The notes under the pieces are model-generated. The model did not search any database. It was not told where the DNA came from and worked only from the letters and a program-made list of their open reading frames with translations. From the NCBI GenBank assembly GCA_000146045.2, contig BK006949.2, positions 512,001 through 576,000 of the forward strand: DNA of 64,000 bases, read 5' to 3'. The stretch's first letter is position 1; each line of letters opens with the position of its first letter. The stretch is from TPA_inf: Saccharomyces. Its lineage: Eukaryota. The translations under genes were made by a program, and so were the position numbers. Of the stretch, positions 15,001 through 27,384 are shown in pieces.

Positions 15001-15546
15001 CTATTCCTTATTCTTAAGATCGGCGAAGCTAACAGAGTTAATGCTGGGCCATAGCTGGACGGCAGAAAGCACGCAGGCAGGGGGCCTCTGCGTAGGGCGG
15101 GAGACGCCTCCGTAAGGAAAACGGCGCGGGAAGGGCGGCTTCTTACTACATTTTTTTGCCACTCCGGAACTCGCGCAGGGGGAAGACATATGCCCACTTT
15201 GGGAAATAGAAATGGTCATTTTAAGCTCAAGTGAAGCGAAAAAAGGAGGTATACTCCTTTACGCGTCACCCAATCTGGATAGGCACGTCAAACTCATTAG
15301 GTCTCATCAAGAACTAGTGTAGAAATGACGCTTGAACTCCGAACTTTAAACAAAGTTCTGTTTTTGTTTCTGTTTCTGTTTCCTGTTGCTGTCTCTGTTT
15401 CTATTTTTTTCGTATAGCTCTATTTCCCTTGTAGATAAACATATATAAGAATGCTATTATAGAAGCGTGTATTTTCCTCCCCCTAGCTTCAACCTGTAAT
15501 TCCCTTCTTAGTAAAGCGAACTAGAACCAGTTTAATAGGATATAGA

Positions 15547-16692
15547 ATGCTGCTGGAAAGATTGCACAAGAGATTACACGCCGGCTCTTCTAGGCGATCT
15601 CAAGAAAATAAGGACAAGAATTGCAAGCCCGAAGACGCGTTGCCCATCCAACCAGAAGCTCAACATCAAACTCAGGACCCTCAGCCGTTGTTAAATTGTG
15701 ATTACGATGACATGATTGCATTTGACAGAAACTTGTCCACTCCCGTTTTCACTCCGGTAATGACTCCTATAAATAATAGCAGCTCCAATCAGGCGAAAAG
15801 CTCGGATGCCTCGTATTTTCCACCTTACCTCAATGCTAATAGAACCAGACAGAATAGCGCCTCTTCGCTGGCGAGTTCCGTTTCCGATTTCGCTCAGAAT
15901 TTCAAACAACATACCTTTTACAACAATAACGCTCAATTCACTTCGTTCACACCGCAGTTTGTCGGCCTTCTATTAGAAGTTTACCAAAACACGTGCAGCG
16001 ATCCTACGATAACTCCGTTTGATACTACAAACCCTCCCTCAGGAATATTGAATAGAGTTGCCAAAGCGGCTATACAGCAATCTGAGCTTCAACAATTGGA
16101 TATCGGATGTGACAGAAATAGCTGGCTTTTAACATTGGTAAGACAGCGCTTGTTGCAAGAGGTCAGAAAAGACGGCTATCTTTCTCGTAACACTTCTTTA
16201 ACTTCTTTACCCCCACCACCCCCACCACAGTTTTCTGAAATGCTTAGAGTTCCCTCCCCGTTTGTTAACGCAGATATTACCGATCCAATCCCCTTATCAA
16301 ACACAAACTCGAATCCGAATGTAAGCTCTACTACCAGCCTGACCAACACGTTGAACTGGTATTCCTTACAAAGATCCAACGTCTCAATGAAGAATAGAAA
16401 TGGCTCGTCCCAGTATATTTCAGAATTACAACCACAACCTATCTTAGCCCGCACAAATTCTAACAATAGTGTTAGCAACAGTAATGCCTTTTCTTTACTC
16501 ACGCCAACGCCTACAACAGATTCCGCATTTAATTTTAACATAGCTCTGCTATCGAGACAACGTAGCAATATCATATCGTCCCCCTTAGCTAGTACTCGTT
16601 TACCTACAGCAAACGTGTCCACTGAAGAATCCTCTATTTTACCAAATGAATCATTGAAGCTAAAAAGAGATTTATTGCGTCTTAAAAGGTAA
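15547..16692 (+). CDS. CIP1: Cdk1-interacting protein Cip1 (YPL014W), 381 aa, a low-complexity Ser/Thr/Asn-rich protein.
   Basis: The length is 381 aa. It sits between HST2 and MRPS16. It has no recognisable enzymatic domain and a proline-rich PPPPPQF segment. Confidence 0.8.
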   Translation: MLLERLHKRLHAGSSRRSQENKDKNCKPEDALPIQPEAQHQTQDPQPLLNCDYDDMIAFDRNLSTPVFTPVMTPINNSSSNQAKSSDASYFPPYLNANRTRQNSASSLASSVSDFAQNFKQHTFYNNNAQFTSFTPQFVGLLLEVYQNTCSDPTITPFDTTNPPSGILNRVAKAAIQQSELQQLDIGCDRNSWLLTLVRQRLLQEVRKDGYLSRNTSLTSLPPPPPPQFSEMLRVPSPFVNADITDPIPLSNTNSNPNVSSTTSLTNTLNWYSLQRSNVSMKNRNGSSQYISELQPQPILARTNSNNSVSNSNAFSLLTPTPTTDSAFNFNIALLSRQRSNIISSPLASTRLPTANVSTEESSILPNESLKLKRDLLRLKR

Positions 16693-16984
16693 ATAGTGCC
16701 GAACAGTCAGGAGCACACAATACATGACCTATAATGACACTATCTTAATGAAATTCTATTACACTTTCTCTTTTCTTCACATTCGATTAAGAATTTAATT
16801 TATTCCATTTCAAGTCTCATTCTCCATTTTCTGGTTGGCCATAGATGTATTATTTACAAGTCTGATAGATATAAAAGCGCCAAGTAAAACATATATACAA
16901 CATATACATATACACCTCGCATCAATTAAAACACGTTCCTTTGCTTTCCTTTCTTTTTCTTTTTTTTTTTTTTTCCGATCTTTT

Positions 16985-17362
<378 letters not shown>

Positions 17363-17506
17363 CTATTACAATTTCTTAACGGAATACCAGTCAGAACTCC
17401 TCCGTTACTTAAGTCGTGTATATATTCCCCTTCCTTTTTTCTTACAACTGTTCTTGGTGTACTATTTCATTTTTTCCGTCCTGAATGATAGATGATCATA
17501 ATTAGT

Positions 17507-17566
17507 GAAAATTTTTCTTTTCGCTGCAGTGTTTAAAATTTTAATTATATCATCTCATCTCATCGC
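17507..17566. promoter_or_regulatory. Ribosome-biogenesis promoter motifs upstream of RRP12: RRPE-like GAAAATTTTT (17507-17516) and PAC CTCATCGC, equivalent to GCGATGAG on the minus strand (17559-17566), at about -215 and -160 from the ATG.
   Basis: PAC (GCGATGAG) and RRPE (AAAAATTTT) are the defining motifs of the ribi regulon. Both are present with the typical spacing upstream of a ribi gene. Confidence 0.65.
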
Positions 17567-17722
17567 GCAATTAGAACTTCCTCGGTCGCAGTTAATTCTC
17601 TCAGAGAAGAGTTTTAGTTTGAAAAGGTTCAACTTATTTTTTTACTGATTGAATTCAACCAGGTAATTTCTAGATTTTGAACAGCATCTCGCGAATTGAA
17701 TCAGCAAATCTCAGAGTTCATC

Positions 17723-20700
17723 ATGGATCAAGACAAAGTTGCTTTTCTTTTAGAGCTGGAGGACAAGCTGGCTAAAATTCGTTCCCAAGTAAACTCTAAA
17801 TTGGAGAATCAAAAGCATATTGCTATAATATTAACTGCCGTTGAGGAAAATATTGCAGGTCAAGCTACAAATGATGTTTCAAAAAACATTGTAAATTATA
17901 TCATTTCCTTTATGTCACTATTGGATCAAGCAGTAGACCCATCTACTCATGAAATAAAAGATATTCAATTGGCTTCCTCATCTACATATCTTCTAGATCT
18001 GATATTTCATTATTCGCCTAAGGTATTATTAAGATCGAAGTTTTCTGAAATCCTAACGAAAATTGCCCCATGTATCACTGCAGAAAAGGCTAATGCCCCT
18101 CTAATTAGAGCTGCTATTGGTTGTTTAGAATCTCTTCTTATTGCTCAAGATGCACAAGCCTGGAACAATACTTATGATCTAAACGTCACTCCAAAAAGAG
18201 GTTTGCAGGGTATACTTGAACTTTCTTTAGATGTAAGACCAAAAGTTAGAAAGAGAGCGCTAGATGCAGTTCATGCGGTCTTATTAAACCCTCCTGTTGC
18301 ACCAACTGCAGAGCATGTAGCGGCAGTTTTTGTAGCAGATTTCTGTGACAAGCAGTTAGCAGGTATTTTAAATGATCTCTCGAATTTATCAAATAAACAA
18401 TTGAAAGCACAGAAAACAAAGGAAGACATTAACGCTAGTGTCATGCGCTCTCTAAGGTTGATTACTTCAGTCGTCTCTACTGGACAGTGGCCATCTTCAC
18501 AGATTGAGCCTCTTTGTGATGTACTATTGGGAGTCACCAAAAGCTCAGAGCAATATCTCGTTTCTGCATCATTTGAATGTTTTGAAAGCATGTTCAAAAC
18601 AATGGCAGAAACTACCATTTCTTCTGGATTGGCTGAAAATAAGTACCTAAGAGTCTTGGATACCATTTTTGCATTAAAACCCTCAAATGTCGATACATTA
18701 TTAACCAAGTCCTGGATTGCTGTGGTCATTAAGGGTATGTCCACTTACGCAACACATCAACCACTGAAAGCGCTACGTAAAATTCCTGGTGTATTTCACA
18801 TTATGTGCACATATTTAGCTAGTGAAACTCCAGAAGTGTACCAAGCTGCCTCTCAATGTCTTATCTCAATCCTTTCTGAGTCTGTTAAAGATGATTTGTT
18901 ATTGTATACACCAAGTGTGGATGAGAAAGTTTTCAAAAACGTAGATGAAATCATCTCTCAAATTGCGAAAACATTTATCGACTTTTTATCCATTAGATAT
19001 TCCCATTGTTCCAGAGAAATTCTTAAGATTTTGGTGGCAGCATTCAACAAATTCAGATATAGATCTAATCCTCACTTTTTAAAATCACTGAAAATAGTCG
19101 ATACATGGAGAGTAAATGAAGAACAGTTTATGGATTTGAGAAATGAAATCGAATTAGTAATCGGAGCCTCCATTTCTGCTATGGGCCCTGAAATGATACT
19201 CGCAGAAGCACCCCTGAATTTAGACAATCCATCTTCCGAAAGACCTGGCAGGGCTTGGTTGTTACCGCTTATTAGAGATTATACGAAAAATGCGAACCTT
19301 GCAACTTTTCAAAACGAATTGGCACCATACATTAAAAGTTTTCAATCTAAGTTCGATAAAGTCCCGGAAGAATCTATTCAATTGAGAGTTTTTCAAACTA
19401 TTGTTGACCAAATCTGGTCTACACTTCCACGGTTTTGTGAACTCCCAATGGACTTGAGGGAATCCTTCACTGACGAATTTGCCTCAGAACTATCTTCTTT
19501 ATTATACAGCGAGGTTGAGTTAAGAACTACAATTTGTCATGCTTTAAAGGTCTTGGCAGAAAGCAATGTTTCATATGCCGAAGAGTCCTCTTCTCACAAC
19601 GTTTTATTGTTGCAACGTTTCCCCATTTCTGAAGCTCAAAAGAATATAGAATACCTTTCAACCAAATCAACGAATCTTCTAGCAGTTTTGTTCAATGTTT
19701 ATACTCAAACCACTCCAAATGCAAGGAGTTATATTTTGGAAACGATTGATCAATATTTAAAGATTACTTCAAAGGAAGATTTGGAGAAAACTTTCAACAA
19801 CGTATGTGGTCTTTTGAAGAATTCTATGAATGAAGAAAGTAGCGGAAATGTGAACAAAGAAAAGAAAAAGCCTCAATTGACAGCGACACTATTGGACTTA
19901 ATCATATGTATGATAACATACTTACCTGTCTCGTCTTATTCTGCTTTATTCTCAATGTTTAGCCTCACCGTAAATTCTGCTGACGCGCTAATTCAAAAAA
20001 GAGCTTATAGAATTATTACAAAGCTTTCTGAGTTGAAATCGGGATCAACAGCTGTCGCCCAATTCATTTCGGATATTGAGAATGTCATGGTAGATAGCGC
20101 CTCCTCTGTTCAAACATCTGCTAAAGCTGCAAGATTAACAGCAATTAAAACCATAGTAGAATTATTACCTTTAGATCATCTTGATTTCATTGTTAGAACC
20201 GTCGCTGAGGTTATTTTGAGTACAAAGGATGTGAATGAAAAATCTAGAGAGACCGCTTTTGATACTTTAATTTGTATGGGAAGAAAAATGAATGAGCCAA
20301 ATGGTATTATCAAATTATTCCAAATACCAGGTTATGATCCTACCACTCCAGATCAATCGTCGTCAATATCAGAGTTTTTTAAGATCATTTCTGCCGGTCT
20401 TATTGGTGAATCTCAACATATGGTTAGTAGTTCAATTACGGGTTATGCTTGTTTAGTTTTTGAATTCAAAAATGAACTCGATTCCGGTATACTAATGGAT
20501 ATATATGACACCATTGAATTGTACTTAACTTCTAACTCTAGGGAAATTGTAAAAAGCGCCATTGGGTTTACCAAGGTTTGTGTTTTGGGGCTTCCAGAAG
20601 AACTGATGAGGCCAAAGGTGCCAGAGTTACTTCTAAAGTTATTAAGATGGTCTCACGAACACACTGGTCATTTCAAAGCCAAAGTCAAGCATATTATTGA

Positions 20701-21409
20701 AAGATTAATAAGGAGATTTGGATATGACTACATTGAAGCCAACTTCCCTGAAGAAGATAGGAGATTATTAACAAATATAAGAAAGATGCGCAATAGGAAT
20801 AAGCGTAAAGATGAAGAAGTTACTACTGGAGTTAGTGATGTAGCTGCCACAAAGGGTTCAAGATTTATGTCTGCATTCGATGAAGCTGTTTATGGGTCTG
20901 ATGAAGAAAATGATAATGGATCAGATCAGGAGGAAAATGTTGCTGGTGGCAAAATGAAGAATGGGGCAAAGCAATTTATTGTAGAATCCGGTGACAACCC
21001 ACTAGATTTGTTAGATTCTCAAACACTAGCTCATATATCATCTACCAGACCAAAGAAATTCAATAAGAATCAAAATAGAGCAAGGTTTAATGATGATGCG
21101 TTTAACTTTGACTCAGAAGGAAAACTCGTTGTCAAGGGGCAACCTAAACCCTCTACTAATGTAGACGATCCATTGAGTGCTGTGACAAGCGGAATCAATG
21201 CGTATCTAGAGGCTGTGAAAAGTGGTCCTGTAAGAGGTCAAAGAAACAAGCTGAAATTCAGGAAAAATGGAAAGGACTCTGATGAATTTGGCGATGATGA
21301 TGATGGTGAAAAGGATAGTAGGCTAATGAGAGGAAGAGTAAATCAAGGTAACAAGATTGGCAAACATAATAAGAAAGGTCCAAAGTTCAAATCTAGAAAA
21401 AAATTATAG
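17723..21409 (+). CDS. RRP12: Ribosome biogenesis and nuclear export factor Rrp12, 1228 aa from the internal ATG (MDQDKVAFLLELEDKL).
   Basis: It is a HEAT-repeat protein. The length is 1228 aa after trimming nine codons. PAC and RRPE motifs lie upstream. The basic C-terminal tail resembles an NLS. Confidence 0.92.
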   Translation: MDQDKVAFLLELEDKLAKIRSQVNSKLENQKHIAIILTAVEENIAGQATNDVSKNIVNYIISFMSLLDQAVDPSTHEIKDIQLASSSTYLLDLIFHYSPKVLLRSKFSEILTKIAPCITAEKANAPLIRAAIGCLESLLIAQDAQAWNNTYDLNVTPKRGLQGILELSLDVRPKVRKRALDAVHAVLLNPPVAPTAEHVAAVFVADFCDKQLAGILNDLSNLSNKQLKAQKTKEDINASVMRSLRLITSVVSTGQWPSSQIEPLCDVLLGVTKSSEQYLVSASFECFESMFKTMAETTISSGLAENKYLRVLDTIFALKPSNVDTLLTKSWIAVVIKGMSTYATHQPLKALRKIPGVFHIMCTYLASETPEVYQAASQCLISILSESVKDDLLLYTPSVDEKVFKNVDEIISQIAKTFIDFLSIRYSHCSREILKILVAAFNKFRYRSNPHFLKSLKIVDTWRVNEEQFMDLRNEIELVIGASISAMGPEMILAEAPLNLDNPSSERPGRAWLLPLIRDYTKNANLATFQNELAPYIKSFQSKFDKVPEESIQLRVFQTIVDQIWSTLPRFCELPMDLRESFTDEFASELSSLLYSEVELRTTICHALKVLAESNVSYAEESSSHNVLLLQRFPISEAQKNIEYLSTKSTNLLAVLFNVYTQTTPNARSYILETIDQYLKITSKEDLEKTFNNVCGLLKNSMNEESSGNVNKEKKKPQLTATLLDLIICMITYLPVSSYSALFSMFSLTVNSADALIQKRAYRIITKLSELKSGSTAVAQFISDIENVMVDSASSVQTSAKAARLTAIKTIVELLPLDHLDFIVRTVAEVILSTKDVNEKSRETAFDTLICMGRKMNEPNGIIKLFQIPGYDPTTPDQSSSISEFFKIISAGLIGESQHMVSSSITGYACLVFEFKNELDSGILMDIYDTIELYLTSNSREIVKSAIGFTKVCVLGLPEELMRPKVPELLLKLLRWSHEHTGHFKAKVKHIIERLIRRFGYDYIEANFPEEDRRLLTNIRKMRNRNKRKDEEVTTGVSDVAATKGSRFMSAFDEAVYGSDEENDNGSDQEENVAGGKMKNGAKQFIVESGDNPLDLLDSQTLAHISSTRPKKFNKNQNRARFNDDAFNFDSEGKLVVKGQPKPSTNVDDPLSAVTSGINAYLEAVKSGPVRGQRNKLKFRKNGKDSDEFGDDDDGEKDSRLMRGRVNQGNKIGKHNKKGPKFKSRKKL

Positions 21410-21641
21410 AAGATTGAAACTGAGCAATATGGCTAATTACACACCTGGAGAAAAAATCAGATATGTATATATAAGAATATTATAATACTGTATATTAAAA
21501 ATGATTAAAATAAAGAAAAAAATGAATCGGGCGTTTAATTGCTTATTATCTTGAAGAAGCGAAAGTACACTATATAGTAATAATGTGAGGTTAATTAAAT
21601 ATGGATGAGATAATGACGAAAGAAAATGCAGAAATGTCGTT

Positions 21642-22703
21642 TTAAAAGTAACCCCCATAATCTAGTGAGGTTCGACGTTGAAATGTGCTGTCCATATCTT
21701 CCTGCTCTGCCCATTTAGTATCAACATTTGAGTCGAATTGAAACATTGATATGTCACGGTCATCACCATGAGGAGACTCTGTTAAACTTTTATTGTTCTC
21801 TTTAAAACTTTCCTCATTGTTATTTTCTTGAGACTTTTGGTTAGGGCCTTCCACTTCGCCAAGTGATTCAAGCTCCTCATCCTCAAATGAAAGAGTTATA
21901 TTTTCTAACCTATTTTCTTTTCTCATTATCGGCAGTTTGCTAGTTACAAATGGATTTTCTTGGATCTCTGTTAAGGCATCCTCATCTCTTGGGGTCATCG
22001 CCGAAGGCATCCTATCTTCGTTTGTTATGGTAGTGTGGTGATGGCGGCTTAGAATGGAAGATTTATAGCCTGCAATATGTGGTAAAGCCGGTACATTTTG
22101 AGATTCTTTTTTGGAAGCTCTTTCAATCATGTTTATACGTTGTCTAGCAATGACTAATTTGATCCAATCATCTAATCCATTATTATTTATTAGATCTTCT
22201 ATCAACTCTGTTTTTCTATTCTTTGTTTCTAATTTCTGTTTCGCACCCTTGTTTTGCAGTAATTGATTGAGATAGTCAGGTATTGCTGACAAAGGATCAG
22301 ATTCTTTTTCCTCACTTTGTAGTAATTCTACTGTGGGTAAGGCAGTTATTCGCGCGTCGGTCAATTGAGTACTATAAATACACCAGTCCTTGAACTTTTC
22401 CATTCCTCGTGAACTTGATAATTCGGAGTTTTCATCATAGACATCCAGAACGTTCGTAGGCTTAACAATACCTAGATTTTCCAGAGCCAGAGTTATATCT
22501 TGTAAAGCAATTGTATCGTCCTGATCACATCTTGCCTGAGCGATAGAACTGACCTCTGATGCTAACAAACTCAAGAATTTTGCATAGAGATCGGTCATGA
22601 CATCCACCAGACTGGGCCTTGCCCTGTCAAATCCTTGTGCCTTCAATAATTGGAGAATAGATATGCGTAGTAGAGCAAAATAGAAGTCATTATTTGTAGT
22701 CAT
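21642..22703 (-). CDS. TAF3: TFIID subunit Taf3 (TAF47), 353 aa.
   Basis: The length is 353 aa. A histone-fold-like N-terminus is present (FYFALLRISILQLLKAQGF). It sits between RRP12 and RET3. Confidence 0.88.
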   Translation of the reverse strand: MTTNNDFYFALLRISILQLLKAQGFDRARPSLVDVMTDLYAKFLSLLASEVSSIAQARCDQDDTIALQDITLALENLGIVKPTNVLDVYDENSELSSSRGMEKFKDWCIYSTQLTDARITALPTVELLQSEEKESDPLSAIPDYLNQLLQNKGAKQKLETKNRKTELIEDLINNNGLDDWIKLVIARQRINMIERASKKESQNVPALPHIAGYKSSILSRHHHTTITNEDRMPSAMTPRDEDALTEIQENPFVTSKLPIMRKENRLENITLSFEDEELESLGEVEGPNQKSQENNNEESFKENNKSLTESPHGDDRDISMFQFDSNVDTKWAEQEDMDSTFQRRTSLDYGGYF

Positions 22704-23017
22704 AGCAGAGGAACTCTATTGACCCAAAGATATCGCTGTTTTCCGCTAGTAGGTGATTTGGAATTGCTCAGGAAGCTACTTCAAGTGTTATATTAGCATA
22801 CCTTCATCATGCAATATGAAATTACTGAAAAAAAAAACTAAAGCATCGCGAGCTTACCCGTTTCGCCACTTCTGTCAAGTGAAAAAACACGTTTGCATTG
22901 TTTAGGCTACAAGGTGTGGAATATCGAAGTTATTGCTAGACAGAAGTTCTTTAGGCATTTAGGTTTTGTTTGTGAGCTGGCTTGCTAATTTTGAGTACTG
23001 TGCATCATTGTTCCAGG

Positions 23018-23587
23018 ATGTCTTCTTTATCGCTATATACTGTTCAGGCTGTTTTAATACTAGATCAGCAAGGAGAACGAATTTATGCAAAGTATTATCA
23101 ACCTCCTCATAGATCTGATGAAGGACACCAATTGCTCTTCAATTCGGTGAAGAAGCAAAAAGAGTTTGAGAAACAACTATACCGTAAGACTCACAAGCAA
23201 GATTCGGAGATTTTAATCTTCGAGGATCATTTAGTCCTTTACAAAGAATACATTGATATCACGATATATTTAGTTGCTTCGCTGGAAGAGAATGAAATTG
23301 TTCTTCAGCAAGGATTTTCAGCAATCAGAGGAGCTTTGGATTTGATTTTGAACTCAGGAATGGACAAAAAAAACATCCAAGAAAACTATGATATGGTTTT
23401 ATTAGCTATTGATGAAACCATTGATAATGGTGTTATCCTCGAAACTGACTCTAACACTATTGCATCCAGAGTTTCTAAACCACCTACGAACGAACCCCAA
23501 ATGGCATTAGATTTGGATAAGGGTTTCTTAGGCGCGTGGGGTTTCGCAAAGAGCAAGTTTCAAGAAAGGTTACAGCAAGGCTTATGA
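23018..23587 (+). CDS. RET3: Coatomer zeta subunit Ret3, 189 aa from the internal ATG (MSSLSLYTVQAVLILDQQGERIYAKYY).
   Basis: It has the zeta-COP / AP sigma-like longin fold. The length is 189 aa after trimming 12 codons. Confidence 0.92.
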   Translation: MSSLSLYTVQAVLILDQQGERIYAKYYQPPHRSDEGHQLLFNSVKKQKEFEKQLYRKTHKQDSEILIFEDHLVLYKEYIDITIYLVASLEENEIVLQQGFSAIRGALDLILNSGMDKKNIQENYDMVLLAIDETIDNGVILETDSNTIASRVSKPPTNEPQMALDLDKGFLGAWGFAKSKFQERLQQGL

Positions 23588-23819
23588 TCACAAGGCAAAG
23601 CGGATAGAAGAAAATTTTAGCTGGTCTTATATGGTATATATGCAGTGTCTTACTTTCTCCCTTCCATATATATGTATCTACTTATATATATAAGTATATG
23701 TTGCTCATTTAGAAATGATTGTCACCTCATGCTAATCATTTTATTCTTCTCGTTGGTCTGTGATGAAAAATAATGAAAAAATTATAATTGCTGTCTATTT
23801 TCTTTTCATCTCATATGAT

Positions 23820-24732
23820 TTAGCGTTTTTTTTTGCCCTTCTTCGAAGAGTTACCACCGTTCTTGGTGGATTTCTGCCCAGCGATTGTTACTTTTAACTT
23901 GTCGACACAGAGCAGAAGAACCAAGTCCTGTTCCTTCAAGCCTTTAATCATTTCATGTTCTTGGGGCCAATCCATTTCGTTGTCAGTTGAAGAACCGTCT
24001 AGTGGTCTACTCTTGAAATAATGTAAAATTTCAGTTAAAGTCTTAGTTTTCTTCGCACTTCCCGGTTGTATTTTGACTTTGTATTTATATTTCAAAAGCG
24101 CAGGCCAGGGGGCAAATACTGGTATAATATCATCAACCACATCGCCCTTATCGAGAGATGGTTTTAATTCGGACTTGTGTTTATCATAGTTCACTCTTGC
24201 TTTCTCTTTTTTGGTGAATTTTAAAGCCTGTAGTCTTCTTTGTTTCTCGCGTTTATTCTTTCTATCTTCTCTAACTTCTCGCTTCATTATTTCTTCTTTC
24301 TTCCTTTGTTGCTGCTTTTCGATACCCTTCAAAGTACCCAAGGCCTCCAAACGCAAGAGACGTTCAGTTTCATCCTGGTCGGCGTATTTCTTTTGAATTT
24401 TCTTCAATTTTCCTCTTTTACCACGGACGTTACTGTTTATGTTTTCGATTAAAGATATCGGAACACCTGGTTCATCAAGGATACGCTGCGTACTGCTATT
24501 GTCATTTTTGGCTTTAGCATTTCCAGAATCAGAGTCGGTATCGGATGATATGGTGCAATGCTTTTCGATGTCTTTTTCAAGATTATCGTGTTCAAAACTG
24601 TTGTTTTTCGTGCTATCGTTTGAATCTCCACCCTTCTCTAACCCATTGACCTCGTTACTATCGTCTTCATCTTGCTGTTGCTCTTCTTCTTTTTCTTCTT
24701 CTTCTTTTTCTTCTTCTTCTTCTTCTTCTTCT

Positions 24733-24779
<47 letters not shown>

Positions 24780-26936
24780 GTCATCATCACCATTATCCTC
24801 ATTTCCACTGGTTTTCACTTTCCATAAAAATCCAAAACCCATCACAAGTTGAGCAGGGGGTAAATGGTTTTGATCATTCTCATTTTTCAACCGAAAGGCA
24901 CCTTCTGGCAGAATGGAGTTATCAGAGCCATCGAATTTACTAACATTCTTTGCAAAGCACCACCATGGAGAAGAAGATATCTTCTTCGACCAAGCCTCGC
25001 TTGAGGACATGCATAGTATACCCGCTTGCATCAAAGTGTTCGGTGGAACTTCTGTTTTTTCTGGATTTTTGATCCATACATGAGAGTTAAAACTATTGGA
25101 CATATAAATATCATCATCTTCAATATATTTTGAATAGATTTGATCTGTCTCAGCCGGACTTTTACCCATCATGACCAAAAATCCTTCACTTGAAATAAAC
25201 CAACTATATTTTTCAAAAAAGTAAGGAGTGCGGATCTTTTTTAAGACACTGTGAGAATCTTTTAGCTTTTTTTTCAATTGTTGATCAATTTTGACTTCAA
25301 TATTCTTCATAGCCTTGCCGACATTCTTTTCGACTTTTTTCTGCTTTTGAGCACTTGTTTTTTTGATATTGAAATATTCAGTGGCATTGGCATAAGCTGA
25401 TAAACCAAGGTCAATTGTAACGTTTATCTTTTCATTAGATTTTCTTTTCATACTTTTTGTACTCCTCTCCTTCGAACTCTCCATGTCTTCTGAGTCTGAG
25501 TCACTAGAACTATCAGTAGTATTGCCTTCTGATTCATTGTCCTCGTCTGAAGAAGTGTTGAGTTCCTTGCTAGAGAGATCAAGCTTGACGCTAATTTTGT
25601 TCTGTTTCAAGTTCAAAGGCAAGTTCAAAAGCTGAGCAATTCTGTTGCCTTTTTTTTGTTCACTTTTAATTAGTTTCTCAATAGTGTTCCAGTCCATTTG
25701 TTGATCGATTAGACCCTGAACAGCAAGCTTAACTTCCTCTATTAAGGGTGCATTTTCAATTATGAGATGGCCTTTCCTTTCATTTAGTTCTTGGACGTCT
25801 AATAAAGCTTGTATTTTTCTATCATTTTCGGCACGAGCATCATCGATTTTCTTTTGCGCTTGCGATTCCTGATTTTGTATACGTAGAGCATACTTAGAGG
25901 ATTCTATTGTTGAGAAAAATTTGTCTAGCGTCCTATTGTAAGGACCTTCAACTTCAATGATACAAGAAGAGTCAGTGTCTCCCCCATTTATATATGGCTT
26001 AAAGGGATGGAATGTATCATAAATAAATTCCAAATCGGCAGTATCTTTTTCAGAGATATAATTTTCATTTCTTTTGGCCAAAATGTAACCCTTTCTATCG
26101 GTGGTAGTTAAAAGTTGATTATATTCTAACTGAGTACTGTTTAGCAATTCGGCGAGTGAGTCTGTTTCCTCCAAAAGATTTAAACAAGACTCTGAAGGGT
26201 CGATATTGAATACCTTAAGGTTCTTTGATAATAAATCTGAAGACAAATGAGGGACTTTCGAAAGCAGCAGTTTATGGATGGAAGGTACTTTCACTTTTTT
26301 TTTTTTAGCGCCCTCCTTCCCTTGAATGTTAAGTTGCTTAATAACAGTAATGTCTGATTCATACTTGGCTTGAACTGCTTTTATCCACTCGTTGACTAGT
26401 TCAGAGGTGTATTCTGCCTTTCTGTTTTTTTCTATGGATTCATCAGCAGACTCGTTATTTGTGGTAAAAAGTGATTCGTCAAACATTTCATAAATTTGTC
26501 CGACCTTATTTTCATGCTCTAGAACGACTCTTTGCAAAGCCATAATTCTTCTGTTCTCATCTAGAAGAATGACATTCCCTGCACTGAAAAATTCCAAAAC
26601 TAAATAGAAGTGGCCATCAGCAAATTGTAGAACAAGAATTCTATCCTGGTCTACTTGCTTTAAAGCTGTTAACCGTTTAGCTTTAAGATGCTTCCTTAGT
26701 TTGACAACAAAGCCGGAAGGAGTTGGAGGTATTGGCCTACTAAATTCAGTTAAGTAAATTCTTAAGCCACAATCGACAACAACATTGAGTTTAGAATCTG
26801 GTTTATTAAATTTCAGCAAAAATTGTTTTGAGGAATCGGCAATGTTATATATATTACTCAATCGGTAGCCTTCCAAATCCTGTTTCAGCTCTCTAGCCAA
26901 CAGCAGTAAATCTAGGGCACTAATTCTTTGCTTCAT
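23820..26936 (-). CDS. RQC2: Ribosome quality control complex subunit Rqc2 (Tae2), 1038 aa, an NFACT-family protein with an internal poly-Glu tract.
   Basis: An N-terminal NFACT domain is present (MKQRISALDLLLLARELKQDLEGYRLSNIYNI). The length is 1038 aa. A run of about 40 E residues is encoded by a CTT/CTC repeat on the + strand. Confidence 0.93.
24663..24786 (+). repeat. A (CTT)n/(CTC) repeat of about 120 bp on the + strand, equivalent to GAA/GAG on the coding strand, encoding the RQC2 poly-Glu tract.
   Basis: There are uninterrupted cttcttctt... runs. They translate to EEEEEEEE... in the minus-strand RQC2 frame. Confidence 0.9.
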
Positions 26937-27384
26937 CGCTATTAATCTCTTGCCTGCCTGACTTCTTAGACCGGATAATAAGTAGCAACTTTCTTTTCAA
27001 TTTGCCATCGGATTCTTTTAAAACTATTTTTCAGGCGAAATTTCATTTTTCTATCCTTCCGCAGCATGAATGAAAAGTTCAAACGCGTCCAAATATACAA
27101 TAGATATAGTGCATTAGTTAATGTCCGGAAGAGAAGTCGCAATTGTTGAAAAGGTTAAAACTCAGGCTATTTATTGAAAATCCAATTTTAATCGTAACCA
27201 CAGAGTTGAGGTAGAGGCTCATTTGTTACCTGACAGTTGATGACATTATCACTGACATATTTAAATTCATCATTAGTGTAATCAGCACATGCTAAGTTGA
27301 GGGCACTACTGCAACTTCAGTTTGTTTCCTTAAAACCCAAAAGAGTAGAAAACCAGGCTAAAAACAGTCACACTAGTCCAAAAA

